From Alistipes sp. (GTDB lineage Bacteria; Bacteroidota; Bacteroidia; Bacteroidales; Rikenellaceae), in contig JAZQVY010000025.1 of NCBI GenBank assembly GCA_045632085.1, forward strand, positions 1,541 to 65,540: 64,000 bases of DNA, read 5' to 3'. The notes beneath the pieces were generated by a model that saw only the letters and a program-made list of their open reading frames with translations, ran no database searches and was not told the DNA's origin. The position numbers and the translations under genes are program-made. Positions 39,502 to 49,642 of the stretch are shown here, piece by piece; position 1 is the stretch's first letter, and every line of letters starts with the position of its first letter.

Positions 39502-41148
39502 CTGGAAGAGGGTTTTGTATTTATGAATAAAATACACCGGCGTACAACTCCACGCGTGACAATAGCTATTCATTGGGTGGAACTTGTAAGGAGATTTGAA
39601 ATCATCGTTAGGGTCATAAACCTCCCAGAAGGTATCTGCACCCTTGCTGACCATATCGCCCCAATAGGTGATAAGCATCTCGCGTGCGCGCTCCTCCATA
39701 CCACACTGAATCATAGCCTCGATAAGGTAGTGGTAGGCATAAGGCGAGCCGATGTAGCAAGCAGTATCGTCAGCAAGCACATATTCCAAAGCCTTCACAG
39801 CCTCCTTCTTGTCGAGCGTACCTGAGAGAATCATCCACACCTGCGAGAGATATGAGATCTGGGCATCGGGACCCGACTTCATCACACCCAGCTTCTTGTC
39901 GTAGAATGTTTCGCGCGAAGCCTTGCGCATATCCTTCAGCACCTTTGGCCAATCTGCCACCTCGGCCTCACGACCGAGCATTTTGGCCAGTTCGTAACTC
40001 TGCTCTATAGCAAATGTCATAAGGCCCTGCATAGGCGCGTGACGGTTGAGCTCGTCCTTCCAGTCGAATACCAACCAATACTGTGGCTGCTTCTCCACAT
40101 CGAAGATATTATCTTTAAGGTAGCTTCTTGCGAAATCCACCTGGTGCTTCACCACAGGCCACAACTCATCGGCAGTCTCCTTGTCGCCAGTCTCCTTGAA
40201 ATACTCATAGAGTGCCACGCCATAGAGCAAGCTGTAATCCATAACGTGAAGACCCATATCGGGACGCTCTGGCAGGTGCTCATATACGGTACCACGCACA
40301 AATCCATTGTCGGGAGTCATACCTGCTATCAAATACAAGCAACGGCGTGTAAGAGTATGATTCTTATACGAATAGGCATTAGCCAAAGCCTCCAAATAGA
40401 GATCTCCGATCCACAATCGCTGGTCGCGCTTTGGGCCATCCTCATAGACTGTCTGCATACACTCAGCCAGGGTCTTCAAGCCTATGTCGTTAATCTTCTT
40501 AATCATAGGATCGGTACCTTCGGCCAGTTCAGGAACTGATCCTGTCGCCGATGTCTGAGCCTGGAAATTGAAATCCGCAAAGACAAAGTCGTAGTACGAC
40601 TCGGCCAAAAGCTCAATCTTCACATAGCGGCAAGCCAATCGGCGCTCTACCTTCACCTCGGCAGGCATACGCATAACGGTAATAATCTCGTCCTGCAACC
40701 ACGCACGGCTCAAGCTGCCCACTGGCAGTGGGTCGAATGGAGTGTTAAGCTCGCCTGGCACCTCTGCAAATGTGAGTTTGAAACGCACAGGAGCATCGGT
40801 CGGCATATTCATATCGAACACCTTGAACGAGAAGTAGCCTGTATAGTGGTCACCCAAGTCGAGGATAACCTCCTTGCGAGGCTTGAACGACTCCTTGTAG
40901 AGCACCTCCACCGGCTCGCCAGTAGGCTCCATACGCCATCCCTGGAAAGCACTCTTGTCGGCCACAGGACGCACAATGGCGACGGGTTTGATATTCTGTT
41001 TCTTAAGTTCAGGAATACTCTCAGTAGATTTTTTCAGCCAACCATCACGCTTGTCGGCCCAGCTCAACGCTGACTCCTGAGCCACCAGTTGTGTAGCAAC
41101 CAGCAGGGCTACAACCATAAAGAGAGGTTTAAGTAGTCTTCTTGTCAT
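39496..41148 (-). CDS. GH78-like alpha-L-rhamnosidase-related glycoside hydrolase
   Basis: EDGPKRDQRLWIGD, FDW, ADTFWE, SYCHAWS; signal peptide. Confidence 0.85.
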   Translation of the reverse strand: MTRRLLKPLFMVVALLVATQLVAQESALSWADKRDGWLKKSTESIPELKKQNIKPVAIVRPVADKSAFQGWRMEPTGEPVEVLYKESFKPRKEVILDLGDHYTGYFSFKVFDMNMPTDAPVRFKLTFAEVPGELNTPFDPLPVGSLSRAWLQDEIITVMRMPAEVKVERRLACRYVKIELLAESYYDFVFADFNFQAQTSATGSVPELAEGTDPMIKKINDIGLKTLAECMQTVYEDGPKRDQRLWIGDLYLEALANAYSYKNHTLTRRCLYLIAGMTPDNGFVRGTVYEHLPERPDMGLHVMDYSLLYGVALYEYFKETGDKETADELWPVVKHQVDFARSYLKDNIFDVEKQPQYWLVFDWKDELNRHAPMQGLMTFAIEQSYELAKMLGREAEVADWPKVLKDMRKASRETFYDKKLGVMKSGPDAQISYLSQVWMILSGTLDKKEAVKALEYVLADDTACYIGSPYAYHYLIEAMIQCGMEERAREMLITYWGDMVSKGADTFWEVYDPNDDFKSPYKFHPMNSYCHAWSCTPVYFIHKYKTLFQR

Positions 41149-41149
41149 A

Positions 41150-42235
41150 TTACTTTTTGTTTGAATTATAGTTTTCGGGGGTTATGATTCTTATCGAATC
41201 ACGTCGCTGCTGCATACTCGATATGGTTTTAGTCAAGTAGGCCTGAATATCTGCCTGCAGAAGCGTGTAGAGCGGACACGAAGTGTAGTTCTCGTTGTCG
41301 AGCAATACATCGCGAATCGAACGCAGAGTATTGACATAGTTGCTCATCTCGTTTTTAAGAGGCAGACCTGTCTTGCTCGACGAATTGATTTTTGCGATTG
41401 ACATTGTACGCAACTTATCACACACCGAATTGAGCATCACCATTACCACATTATCCATCAGTGTATGGCCGTGCATATAGAGGTATGTATTTTCGGGTGT
41501 TACACCCTTATGCTGCAACTCCTCGGCAAAGGCATTCAAGCCCTTTGCTATATCGGGATAGTCTCGCTCAAGACGCATCAATCGGCGGGCGATATTGCGT
41601 TCAAGCCACGCCAGAGTATCGGCTCCGTTATTTTCAACCTCGAGATACCCCAATCGCACTGCATTCTTGAAATCAACGAGTGGCAAAGCCGACTGACAAG
41701 ATTGCTGGGCCGAGTATGAATACCAAAGGAACATAGGATAGATTATGCGTGAATACTCGGCCATAAACTCCACAAAATCGAATATCTTGCAATCGTTCTT
41801 GGTGGCCTTTACGCATACATTATGAAGCGAGGGTGCATAACAGAGATAGTTCTCGGTAGCGTAGGTATAGGTGTGGAACATATACTCAGCATTGTTGATT
41901 ATCTCCGACTGCTCGGTCTTGTCACCAAAGAGGTAGTCGAAGTCGGAATCAACGCACAAAAGCATATCCTCACCAGACTGAGGAATCATCGACATCAGCA
42001 CCTTCTTACCCTTAGGCAAATCCTCGCGGTTGGGTACCGATATCTCGAAACGCAAAAAAGGATTGTCGAAATGGTCGAAAATAGCACGCCAGAAGGCCAC
42101 ATCTTCGTAACCCTCCACAAAGACCTGCACCACCCTGCGGCCATCGTCTAACGACTGAGGCATCGACATCTGGCAATCGCAACGATGACGTTGCTGGGTC
42201 TCAAATTTCAATTTTTCGGCTGTTGCTCGTTTCAT
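41150..42235 (-). CDS. DUF4435 (TOPRIM-like) protein
   Basis: VFVEGYEDVAFW, GKKV, CVDSDFDYL, TYTYATENY, MHGH; start placed at MKRAT. Confidence 0.8.
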   Translation of the reverse strand: MKRATAEKLKFETQQRHRCDCQMSMPQSLDDGRRVVQVFVEGYEDVAFWRAIFDHFDNPFLRFEISVPNREDLPKGKKVLMSMIPQSGEDMLLCVDSDFDYLFGDKTEQSEIINNAEYMFHTYTYATENYLCYAPSLHNVCVKATKNDCKIFDFVEFMAEYSRIIYPMFLWYSYSAQQSCQSALPLVDFKNAVRLGYLEVENNGADTLAWLERNIARRLMRLERDYPDIAKGLNAFAEELQHKGVTPENTYLYMHGHTLMDNVVMVMLNSVCDKLRTMSIAKINSSSKTGLPLKNEMSNYVNTLRSIRDVLLDNENYTSCPLYTLLQADIQAYLTKTISSMQQRRDSIRIITPENYNSNKK

Positions 42236-42384
42236 AATTTGTTGTAAATATAATAAAATAGTAAATTTGCACCAAACATTAACCGACGTTTTGTGACGCA
42301 GAGTGAAAAAATCTCTCAATTTTAGACCATTTTGACCCGAACTTTGCACCAGCGAAACAGAACGACAGAACTTAAAAACCTATT

Positions 42385-42726
42385 ATGAGCGATTGGAAAC
42401 AGCGTCTCGGTATGGTCTATTCGACCAATCCCGATTTTCAGTATACAACCGATGAGCCCGAGCAGGCCGCCACTCTCCCTCCAGCACAGCAGAATCTGAG
42501 GGTATGGCTCGACCGCAAGCAGCGAGGAGGCAAGCAGGTCACCCTGGTAAAGGGTTTTGTGGGCAGCGAGGAGGATCTTACGGAGCTTGGCCGTATGCTC
42601 AAGAGCCGTTGCGGCGTGGGTGGCTCGGCCAAAGATGGCGAGATTATAATCCAGGGCGACCACCGCGACCGCGTTGTGGAGCTTCTCTCGGCCGCTGGCT
42701 ACAAGTGCAAAAAGGCTGGCAGCTAA
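42385..42726 (+). CDS. yciH: SUI1/YciH translation initiation factor
   Basis: VYSTNP, RGGKQVTLV, LKSRCGVGGS.KDG.I.IQGD. Confidence 0.9.
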   Translation: MSDWKQRLGMVYSTNPDFQYTTDEPEQAATLPPAQQNLRVWLDRKQRGGKQVTLVKGFVGSEEDLTELGRMLKSRCGVGGSAKDGEIIIQGDHRDRVVELLSAAGYKCKKAGS

Positions 42727-42767
42727 TATATCTGGCAGCTAATATACAATGTTGTAAATCTCTGGCG

Positions 42768-45755
42768 ATGTTCAAACGACTCTTTACATATCTTTGCGTG
42801 ATGCTTGCTGCGCTACTTACCGTGCAACAGGCCAAGGCTCAGTATTATAGTTGGGGAGCCGACCCTGTGCACTTTAAGTGGAATATTGCCAAGACCGACA
42901 ATGTCAAGGTAGTCTATCCGCGCCATGCTGAGCAGATAGGACTCTCCACTCTCTACTATGCCGACAAACTAAACCCATACATATCGTATGGATTCAAACT
43001 GCCTCAATTGAAGCTGCCATTTGTCGTTCACCCCGAGAATATGCGCTCCAATGGTCTTGTTATGTGGCTACCAAAACGCATTGAATTCCTCTCATCGCCA
43101 GCAATTGATGGCTATTCAATGCCTTGGATCAAACAGCTTGTGGCCCACGAATATCGCCACGCGGCGCAGTACAACAACCTCAATGTGGGTTTTGTGAAGT
43201 TTCTGAGTTATCTGCTGGGGCAGCAGAGTTCGACCATTGGTCTGATATATATGCCACAATGGATGATGGAGGGCGACGCCACACAATTCGAGACCGAGGC
43301 TTCGTCGTTTGGTCGTGGCAAGCAGCCTCGATTCACGCTGGAGTTCCGTGCTATGAGCGACATCGTGAGTCGCTATCCCAATATGGATAAGTACTTCTGT
43401 GGCTCCTACCGCAACTATATCCCCGACCACTACCAGCTCGGCTACCAGATGGTGGTTCACGGCAACGAGCTTACGGGAAGAGTGATGGCCAACGATATGG
43501 CCGCATATGGACCTCGCCACCCTTGGACCATAGTATCCGAGGCCTGGCGAATGAAGGCATTATTCGGATTCAGCACCCACCAACTTTTCGAATCGACATT
43601 CAATAGACTGTCTGAGCATTGGGCATCGCTCCCGAAGCTGGAGAACAGCAGCACTATGTTGCCCGCCCCTCACGCCGAGAGCTACACCACATATAGCCAC
43701 CCTGTAAGCATCTCGCCCAACGAGATTCTTCTCACAAAGACAGACCTGGCCAAGCCATCACGTTTTGTAATGCTCGACCCCTCAACGGGCAAGGAGCGAC
43801 GCCTGGCCTACACAGGTTCAATCTCCACACGCCCTGCCTATGACCATTCAACCGGCAAGCTCTATTGGACCGAGTATCGTCGTAGCCCCCTCTTCCAGCA
43901 GAAGGTGACATCGTCGCTCTGCTATATGGAGCTCGACAAAGCTCATCCACGCACAGCTAAATCGAGAAAGCAGAATATACTCTACCCCACCCCCGACGAA
44001 CTCGGTGGCCTGGCCTGGGTGCAATATTCGCCCAAGGGCATCTACTCGCTTCACCATCGCGACAGCAAAGGCATAGAGCGTACCCTCGCGCTCCCATTCG
44101 GACAGGAGGTACACTCGCTAACGTGGGACAAGAAGAGTGAGCGATTCTACTGCATTATCACGGGTGACGAAGGTATGTGGATTGCACGCAACAGCAAACC
44201 CGGCGATATAACATCTCCGCTGGAGCAGGTTACTCGCCCAGCATATATCACAATCAGTGACCTTCGAGCTGCCGATGGCAAGCTCTACTATGGCTCTATT
44301 GCTTCGGGTCGCGACGAGGTGCACTGCTTCGACATCGAGAGTGGCAAGGAGTATCAATTCTCACAATCGATCTACGGCTCGTTCTCGCCAGTCGCAACAA
44401 GCGATGGTCAGGTGGTGATGACGACCTATGATTCGATGGGTTATCACCCCTCGATTCAGTCTGCCGACCGCATAATCCGCGAGGTGGAGTACTCTAAGTT
44501 ACCAAGCGACATACTCATCCCGAAACGCAAGGGTTGGAACCTCATAAACCTCGACACAATCCCCTTAGCTAAGATTGACACCACGCAGGCCAATCTGCCT
44601 CGTCGCGAGAAGCGCTATCACAAGGGGCTGCATCAGTTCAACTTCCACAGTTGGGCCCCACTCTCGTATGACCCATTCGCACTGAGCGAGGAGGGTTCGA
44701 TCGTGATGAATGCAGGAGCCACCCTGATGACACAAAACATCCTCTCGTCATTGCAAGGATTTGTGACCTATGGCTATGGCCGCAAGGAGGGACATATGGT
44801 AAAGACCTCGCTGCGTTACTATGGTCTGGGGCCCACCATAAGCCTCAACGCAACTTATGGAGGTAGCCAGAACATCTATCCGATTTATGTCTACAACCCC
44901 GAAAAACACTCTATAGAGTTTCCTATACCGCCCACACGCGACAAATACTACTCTGTGGGGCTGGACGTTACCTTCCCGCTGCTGTTCCAGCGAGGCTACC
45001 ATACCCGCTACCTGATTTTGGATGTGGAGGGTAACTACTCAAACGGATTGGTTGCCAATACGGGACGACTCACTTTTGATGACAGCATCAGCAATGTGGC
45101 CACCATCGGCTACAAAGAGGGCCTCTACCTCACATCGTTTGCACTGGGATTCCAGGATATGGTGAGCCGCTCACATCGCGACTTTGCCCCACCTTGGGGA
45201 GTGGTGGCTACAGCCAACTATGCCATCAACCCGGCAGACGGCAGCTTCAGCGACCTGGTGGCCATCTACACCAAATTCTACACACCTGGATTCTTCGCCC
45301 ACAATAGCCTCAGCCTCGCTTTGGCCTACCAGACTTCGATTGGCGGATTCAAGAATCAGGATGCACTCTCGGCTCTCACCTTCAAGTCGTCGAATCTGCT
45401 ACTCAGAGGCTTCGACTCGTCACAAATCGAGAACAACAACTATATGGCCGCGTCGCTCAACTACCAGTTCCCCATCTGTTACCCCGATGGCGGAATACAG
45501 GGTATATTCTTCTTGAAGCGAATACGTATGAACCTCGGTTTTGACATTGCGCAATACTACGGCACAGAGATTGACCGCCTCAACGACAGAATCTACCGCG
45601 ACTGGCACCGCCTGAATTCGTGGGGTGGCGACTTGATTTTCGACGTCAACTTCCTGAGCCAACCTGCCGCAGCTACCACAGCCGTAAAGCTATCGTTCTA
45701 TCAGCCAAGCGAGGGAGGATTCTACTTCTCGGCAGGCATTGAGTTGCCATTCTAA
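42768..45755 (+). CDS. Outer membrane protein: zinc-peptidase-like domain, beta-propeller and probable Omp85-type barrel
   Basis: Signal peptide from ATG 42768; HEYRH and PQWMMEGDA; TolB-like repeats; LRGF-like motif and C-terminal Phe. Confidence 0.65.
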   Translation: MFKRLFTYLCVMLAALLTVQQAKAQYYSWGADPVHFKWNIAKTDNVKVVYPRHAEQIGLSTLYYADKLNPYISYGFKLPQLKLPFVVHPENMRSNGLVMWLPKRIEFLSSPAIDGYSMPWIKQLVAHEYRHAAQYNNLNVGFVKFLSYLLGQQSSTIGLIYMPQWMMEGDATQFETEASSFGRGKQPRFTLEFRAMSDIVSRYPNMDKYFCGSYRNYIPDHYQLGYQMVVHGNELTGRVMANDMAAYGPRHPWTIVSEAWRMKALFGFSTHQLFESTFNRLSEHWASLPKLENSSTMLPAPHAESYTTYSHPVSISPNEILLTKTDLAKPSRFVMLDPSTGKERRLAYTGSISTRPAYDHSTGKLYWTEYRRSPLFQQKVTSSLCYMELDKAHPRTAKSRKQNILYPTPDELGGLAWVQYSPKGIYSLHHRDSKGIERTLALPFGQEVHSLTWDKKSERFYCIITGDEGMWIARNSKPGDITSPLEQVTRPAYITISDLRAADGKLYYGSIASGRDEVHCFDIESGKEYQFSQSIYGSFSPVATSDGQVVMTTYDSMGYHPSIQSADRIIREVEYSKLPSDILIPKRKGWNLINLDTIPLAKIDTTQANLPRREKRYHKGLHQFNFHSWAPLSYDPFALSEEGSIVMNAGATLMTQNILSSLQGFVTYGYGRKEGHMVKTSLRYYGLGPTISLNATYGGSQNIYPIYVYNPEKHSIEFPIPPTRDKYYSVGLDVTFPLLFQRGYHTRYLILDVEGNYSNGLVANTGRLTFDDSISNVATIGYKEGLYLTSFALGFQDMVSRSHRDFAPPWGVVATANYAINPADGSFSDLVAIYTKFYTPGFFAHNSLSLALAYQTSIGGFKNQDALSALTFKSSNLLLRGFDSSQIENNNYMAASLNYQFPICYPDGGIQGIFFLKRIRMNLGFDIAQYYGTEIDRLNDRIYRDWHRLNSWGGDLIFDVNFLSQPAAATTAVKLSFYQPSEGGFYFSAGIELPF

Positions 45756-45893
45756 GGGCGGAAATCAAAATCACAAATCGTCCATTTTTTCGTTATTTGA
45801 GGGCGTTGCACGAGAAATATTTGTGCAAAAACGCCCCATTCGGCCATTTATAGCGCTTCCAAGCAAAACAAACTTACAGCAAAGGCAAAATAA

Positions 45894-45923
45894 TTTTGAA
45901 TTTTGAATTCTGAATTTTGAATT
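45894..45923 (+). repeat. Heptamer tandem repeat (TTTTGAA)x4 in the PBP1A promoter
   Basis: TTTTGAA TTTTGAA TTCTGAA TTTTGAA TT followed by the TACCTTTG -7 box at 45930. Confidence 0.7.
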
Positions 45924-45967
45924 ATTCACTACCTTTGTACGTTGGATTAAAGCGCAAATTCAAGAGT

Positions 45968-48376
45968 ATGACCATAAAAGAGTATTTCAAGAATAAGAAC
46001 AATCAAATCAAAGCGATGTGGGTGGTATGTATGGCCCCCGTTGCCCTGATTTTCATTATGCTGGCCCTGGCTGCTACGGGAGCCTTTGGCCGTATGCCAT
46101 CTTTCGAGGAGTTGGAGAACCCAAAGAGCAATCTCGCAACCGAGATTTATGGCGACAATGGCCACGTAATTGGTACCTTCTTCGTCGAAAACCGTTCATA
46201 TGTTCAGTATGAAGAGCTCTTCCCCGAGGACCCTGCCAACCATCTAAAACTAGACGGCGAGGCTGTACCACCAATCGTGGCTGCTCTCATCTCGACCGAG
46301 GATGTACGTTTCCGCAGCCACTCGGGTATCGACATCCCTTCGCTCTTCCGTGTGGGTATCAAGACTATCGCTATGCGCAACTCTTCGCAGGGTGGTGGTA
46401 GTACCATCACTCAGCAGCTGGCCAAGAACCTCTTCCCACGTGACACCGTGCGCAACCGAGGAAAAGTGGCACGAACAGCAAAGCTCGTACAGTCGAAATT
46501 CAAGGAGTGGATTACCGCTATCAAGCTCGAGCACAACTACACCAAGAACGAGATTGCAGCTATGTACCTCAACACTGTGGGCTATGGTTCAAATGCCTAT
46601 GGTATCAAGTCGGCGGCAAGCACATTCTTCGGTAAGTCGCCCAGTGAGCTGAATATCCAGGAGGCAGCAGTATTGGTTGGTGTGGTGAATGCCCCAACAC
46701 GCTACTCACCAATTATCAACCCTCAGAATTCGCTCAATCGCCGCAACGTGGTATTGAGTCGTATGCGCAGCTCGGGAGCTATCTCGCGCAAGATGTGTGA
46801 CTCGCTCTCGGCTCTGCCTATTTCACTCAACTACAAACCTATCACTCACAATAGCGGTGAAGCGACATACTTCCGCGAAATGTTGCGAAACACGATGAAT
46901 GCCAAGCGTCCTGTACGCCGTCAGTTCCTAACCGACTGGGACTACGAGCAGGCCATAAAGGAGTATGACGAGAACCCGCTCATCGGCTGGTGCCACAAAA
47001 ACCAGAAGGCTGACGGCAGCCCATACAACATCTATCGTGATGGTCTCAGAATCTACACCACCATCAGCCCAGCTATGCAGAAGTATGCTGAGCAGGCTAT
47101 CCAGAAGCAGATGGAGAGCGTTATCCAGCCTCGCATGGATCGTCAGGTGAAGGCCACAGGTGTACTCTTCCAGGACACCAAGCCCGAGGAGAGAGAGGCC
47201 ATCATCAAGCGTGCGATGAAAAACTCGGACCGCTACCGCGAGATGAAGAAAGATGGCATCTCGGAGAAGGATATATATGCTTCGTTTGAGGTTAAGTGCA
47301 AGATGCGCATCTTCACTTACAAGGGCGAGCGCGACACAATGCTTACCCCTCGAGACTCTATCCTCCACCACAAACGTATTATGCGTGCATCGTTCGTGGC
47401 TATGGACCCACGTTCTGGCCACGTGAAGGCGTATGTGGGTGGTCCTAACTTCCGCTACTTCAAGTATGATATGGCCAAGCAGGGCAAGCGACAGATTGGT
47501 TCGACAGTGAAGCCATTTATCTACACCTTCGCTATCGACCAGCTCGGTCTTACACCTTGCACCTACGCCCCCAACATCCCTGTATCGATTGAGACTCCAG
47601 CAGGTATTTGGTCACCAAAGGAGGCTGGCAAGGTGGAGTATGATGGTGTGCAGCACCCTCTCTACTGGGGATTGGCAAACTCACGCAACAACTACTCAGC
47701 GTGGATTATGAAGCAGGCCAAGCAGCCCGAAACGGTAGCCGACTTCCTGCACAATATGGGTATCAACAGTTACATCTATCCCGCTTATGCTCTCTGCCTG
47801 GGTGCGTTTGAGTCGAATGTTTACGAATTGGTTAGTGCCTACTCGACATTTGTAAACGAGGGAGTGCATATCGACCCTATCTTTGTCACTCGCATCGAGG
47901 ATAGACAGGGTAACCTAATCTCGAGCTTCGTTCCACAGTCTCACGATGCCGTGAACAAACATCCCGCCTACACAATGCTCACTATGTTGCAGCGAGTAAT
48001 CACGATGGGTACTGGTGGTCGTCTCGGCTGGCAGTTTGGAATGAAGGATATGGAGATTGGCGGTAAGACAGGAACTTCGAACGAGAATCGCGACGCTTGG
48101 TTTATGTGTGTGACACCAAACCTTGTGGCAGGTTCTTGGGTTGGAGGCGAGGATCAGTCGGTACACCTTTCATACAGCGCCGAAGGTAGTGTGATGGCTC
48201 TGCCTATCGTGGGTGAGTTCCTCACAAAAGCCTATGCCGACCCTTCGCTCGGAATGAACCGCGAGGCTCGTTTTTCACGCCCTGAGGGCTGGCAGTCGTA
48301 CGATTGTCCTAAGGAGATGTCGGCAGCTGGAGTAACAACAGAACAGACATCGGCAAACGACGAATTCTTCGATTAG
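45968..48376 (+). CDS. Class A penicillin-binding protein (PBP1A)
   Basis: TEDVRF..H.G, GGSTITQQLAKN, K.KE, YLN; transpeptidase STVK, SRN, KTG. Confidence 0.92.
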   Translation: MTIKEYFKNKNNQIKAMWVVCMAPVALIFIMLALAATGAFGRMPSFEELENPKSNLATEIYGDNGHVIGTFFVENRSYVQYEELFPEDPANHLKLDGEAVPPIVAALISTEDVRFRSHSGIDIPSLFRVGIKTIAMRNSSQGGGSTITQQLAKNLFPRDTVRNRGKVARTAKLVQSKFKEWITAIKLEHNYTKNEIAAMYLNTVGYGSNAYGIKSAASTFFGKSPSELNIQEAAVLVGVVNAPTRYSPIINPQNSLNRRNVVLSRMRSSGAISRKMCDSLSALPISLNYKPITHNSGEATYFREMLRNTMNAKRPVRRQFLTDWDYEQAIKEYDENPLIGWCHKNQKADGSPYNIYRDGLRIYTTISPAMQKYAEQAIQKQMESVIQPRMDRQVKATGVLFQDTKPEEREAIIKRAMKNSDRYREMKKDGISEKDIYASFEVKCKMRIFTYKGERDTMLTPRDSILHHKRIMRASFVAMDPRSGHVKAYVGGPNFRYFKYDMAKQGKRQIGSTVKPFIYTFAIDQLGLTPCTYAPNIPVSIETPAGIWSPKEAGKVEYDGVQHPLYWGLANSRNNYSAWIMKQAKQPETVADFLHNMGINSYIYPAYALCLGAFESNVYELVSAYSTFVNEGVHIDPIFVTRIEDRQGNLISSFVPQSHDAVNKHPAYTMLTMLQRVITMGTGGRLGWQFGMKDMEIGGKTGTSNENRDAWFMCVTPNLVAGSWVGGEDQSVHLSYSAEGSVMALPIVGEFLTKAYADPSLGMNREARFSRPEGWQSYDCPKEMSAAGVTTEQTSANDEFFD

Positions 48377-48451
48377 CTATTTACACAACAAACAGATATT
48401 TAACAGGTTACACACACTCGGGCCGGATTCCGAGAAAAGGTTATTGAGAAT

Positions 48452-49459
48452 ATGAAAATTGCAATTGTAGGCGCAAGTGGCGCTGTAGGTCAGGAGTTTT
48501 TGACCATTCTTAACGAGAGAACAGACTTCCCTGTAGATGAGTTGTTGCTCTTTGGCTCAGCTCGTAGCGCAGGTACAAAATATGAGTTCCGCGGCAAGCA
48601 GATCGAGGTGAAGCTTTTGCAGCACAACGACGACTTCAAGGGTGTGGATATCGCCCTCACATCGGCTGGTGGCTCTACCTCTATCGAGTTTGCGGAGACC
48701 ATTACAAAGCACGGCACATTGATGATCGACAACTCGTCGGCTTTCCGTATGGATGCCGATGTACCTTTGGTTGTACCCGAGGTGAACCCCGAGGATGCCC
48801 TCAACGCACCACGCAGAATCATCGCCAACCCAAACTGCACAACTATCCAGATGGTTGTGGCGTTGAACGCTATCGAGAAACTCTCTCACATCAAGCGCGT
48901 GCACGTTGCCACATATCAGTCGGCAAGTGGTGGTGGCGCACAGGCTATGGCCGAGCTCAAGCAGCAGCACGAGCAGCTTGTTGCAGGCGAGGAGCCTACG
49001 GTAAATAAGTTTGCATATCAGTTGGCTTACAACGTAATCCCACACATCGACGTATTCACCGACAACGACTACACTAAGGAGGAGATGAAGATGTTTAACG
49101 AGACACGCAAGATTATGCACTCAGACATCGCCGTTTCAGCCACTTGTGTACGTGTGCCAGTTATGCGCGCTCACTCTGAGAGCATCTGGGTGGAGACCGA
49201 GCGTCCAATCTCAATCGACGAGGCTCGCGAGGCATTCTCATCGAGCGAGGGCATCGTGTTGATGGACGAGCCAGCGGAGAAGAAGTATCCTATGCCATTG
49301 TTCATTGCTGGCAAGGACCCTGTCTATGTGGGTCGTATCCGCAAGGATCTCACCAACGAGAATGGCCTTGCATTCTGGTGTGTTGCTGACCAGATCAAGA
49401 AGGGCGCAGCGCTCAACGCAGTGCAGATTGCCGAGTGGATTATCCGCAACAAGAAGTAA
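48452..49459 (+). CDS. asd: Aspartate-semialdehyde dehydrogenase
   Basis: [42 protein letters not shown]. Confidence 0.95.
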   Translation: MKIAIVGASGAVGQEFLTILNERTDFPVDELLLFGSARSAGTKYEFRGKQIEVKLLQHNDDFKGVDIALTSAGGSTSIEFAETITKHGTLMIDNSSAFRMDADVPLVVPEVNPEDALNAPRRIIANPNCTTIQMVVALNAIEKLSHIKRVHVATYQSASGGGAQAMAELKQQHEQLVAGEEPTVNKFAYQLAYNVIPHIDVFTDNDYTKEEMKMFNETRKIMHSDIAVSATCVRVPVMRAHSESIWVETERPISIDEAREAFSSSEGIVLMDEPAEKKYPMPLFIAGKDPVYVGRIRKDLTNENGLAFWCVADQIKKGAALNAVQIAEWIIRNKK

Positions 49460-49642
49460 TAAGAGAAAAAAATATCATAACTATCGGGGTGTTGCATTAA
49501 TTTGTGACACCCCAATTGTTTGATGATTTCACATTTTTTATTAAATTTGCAAGGATTATGGTCTGCTCTGTGCTTGTGGCATATTGTAGCAGAGAGCTAA
49601 CGACAAGAAAATTTCAACAAAACAGATAAAATAGATTCAATT

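Noticed and set aside
39332-39526. 64-aa ORF (and the 62-aa ORF at 62786-62974)
   Set aside because: These are translations of the fold-back repeat; no independent evidence of coding.
42504-42767. N-terminal extension of the 1083-aa ORF overlapping yciH
   Set aside because: The signal peptide begins at ATG 42768; the extension is an alternative frame of yciH.
49519-49534. FNR/CRP-like site upstream of fumarase (TTGATGATTTCACA)
   Set aside because: Fits neither consensus properly; too weak in AT-rich DNA.
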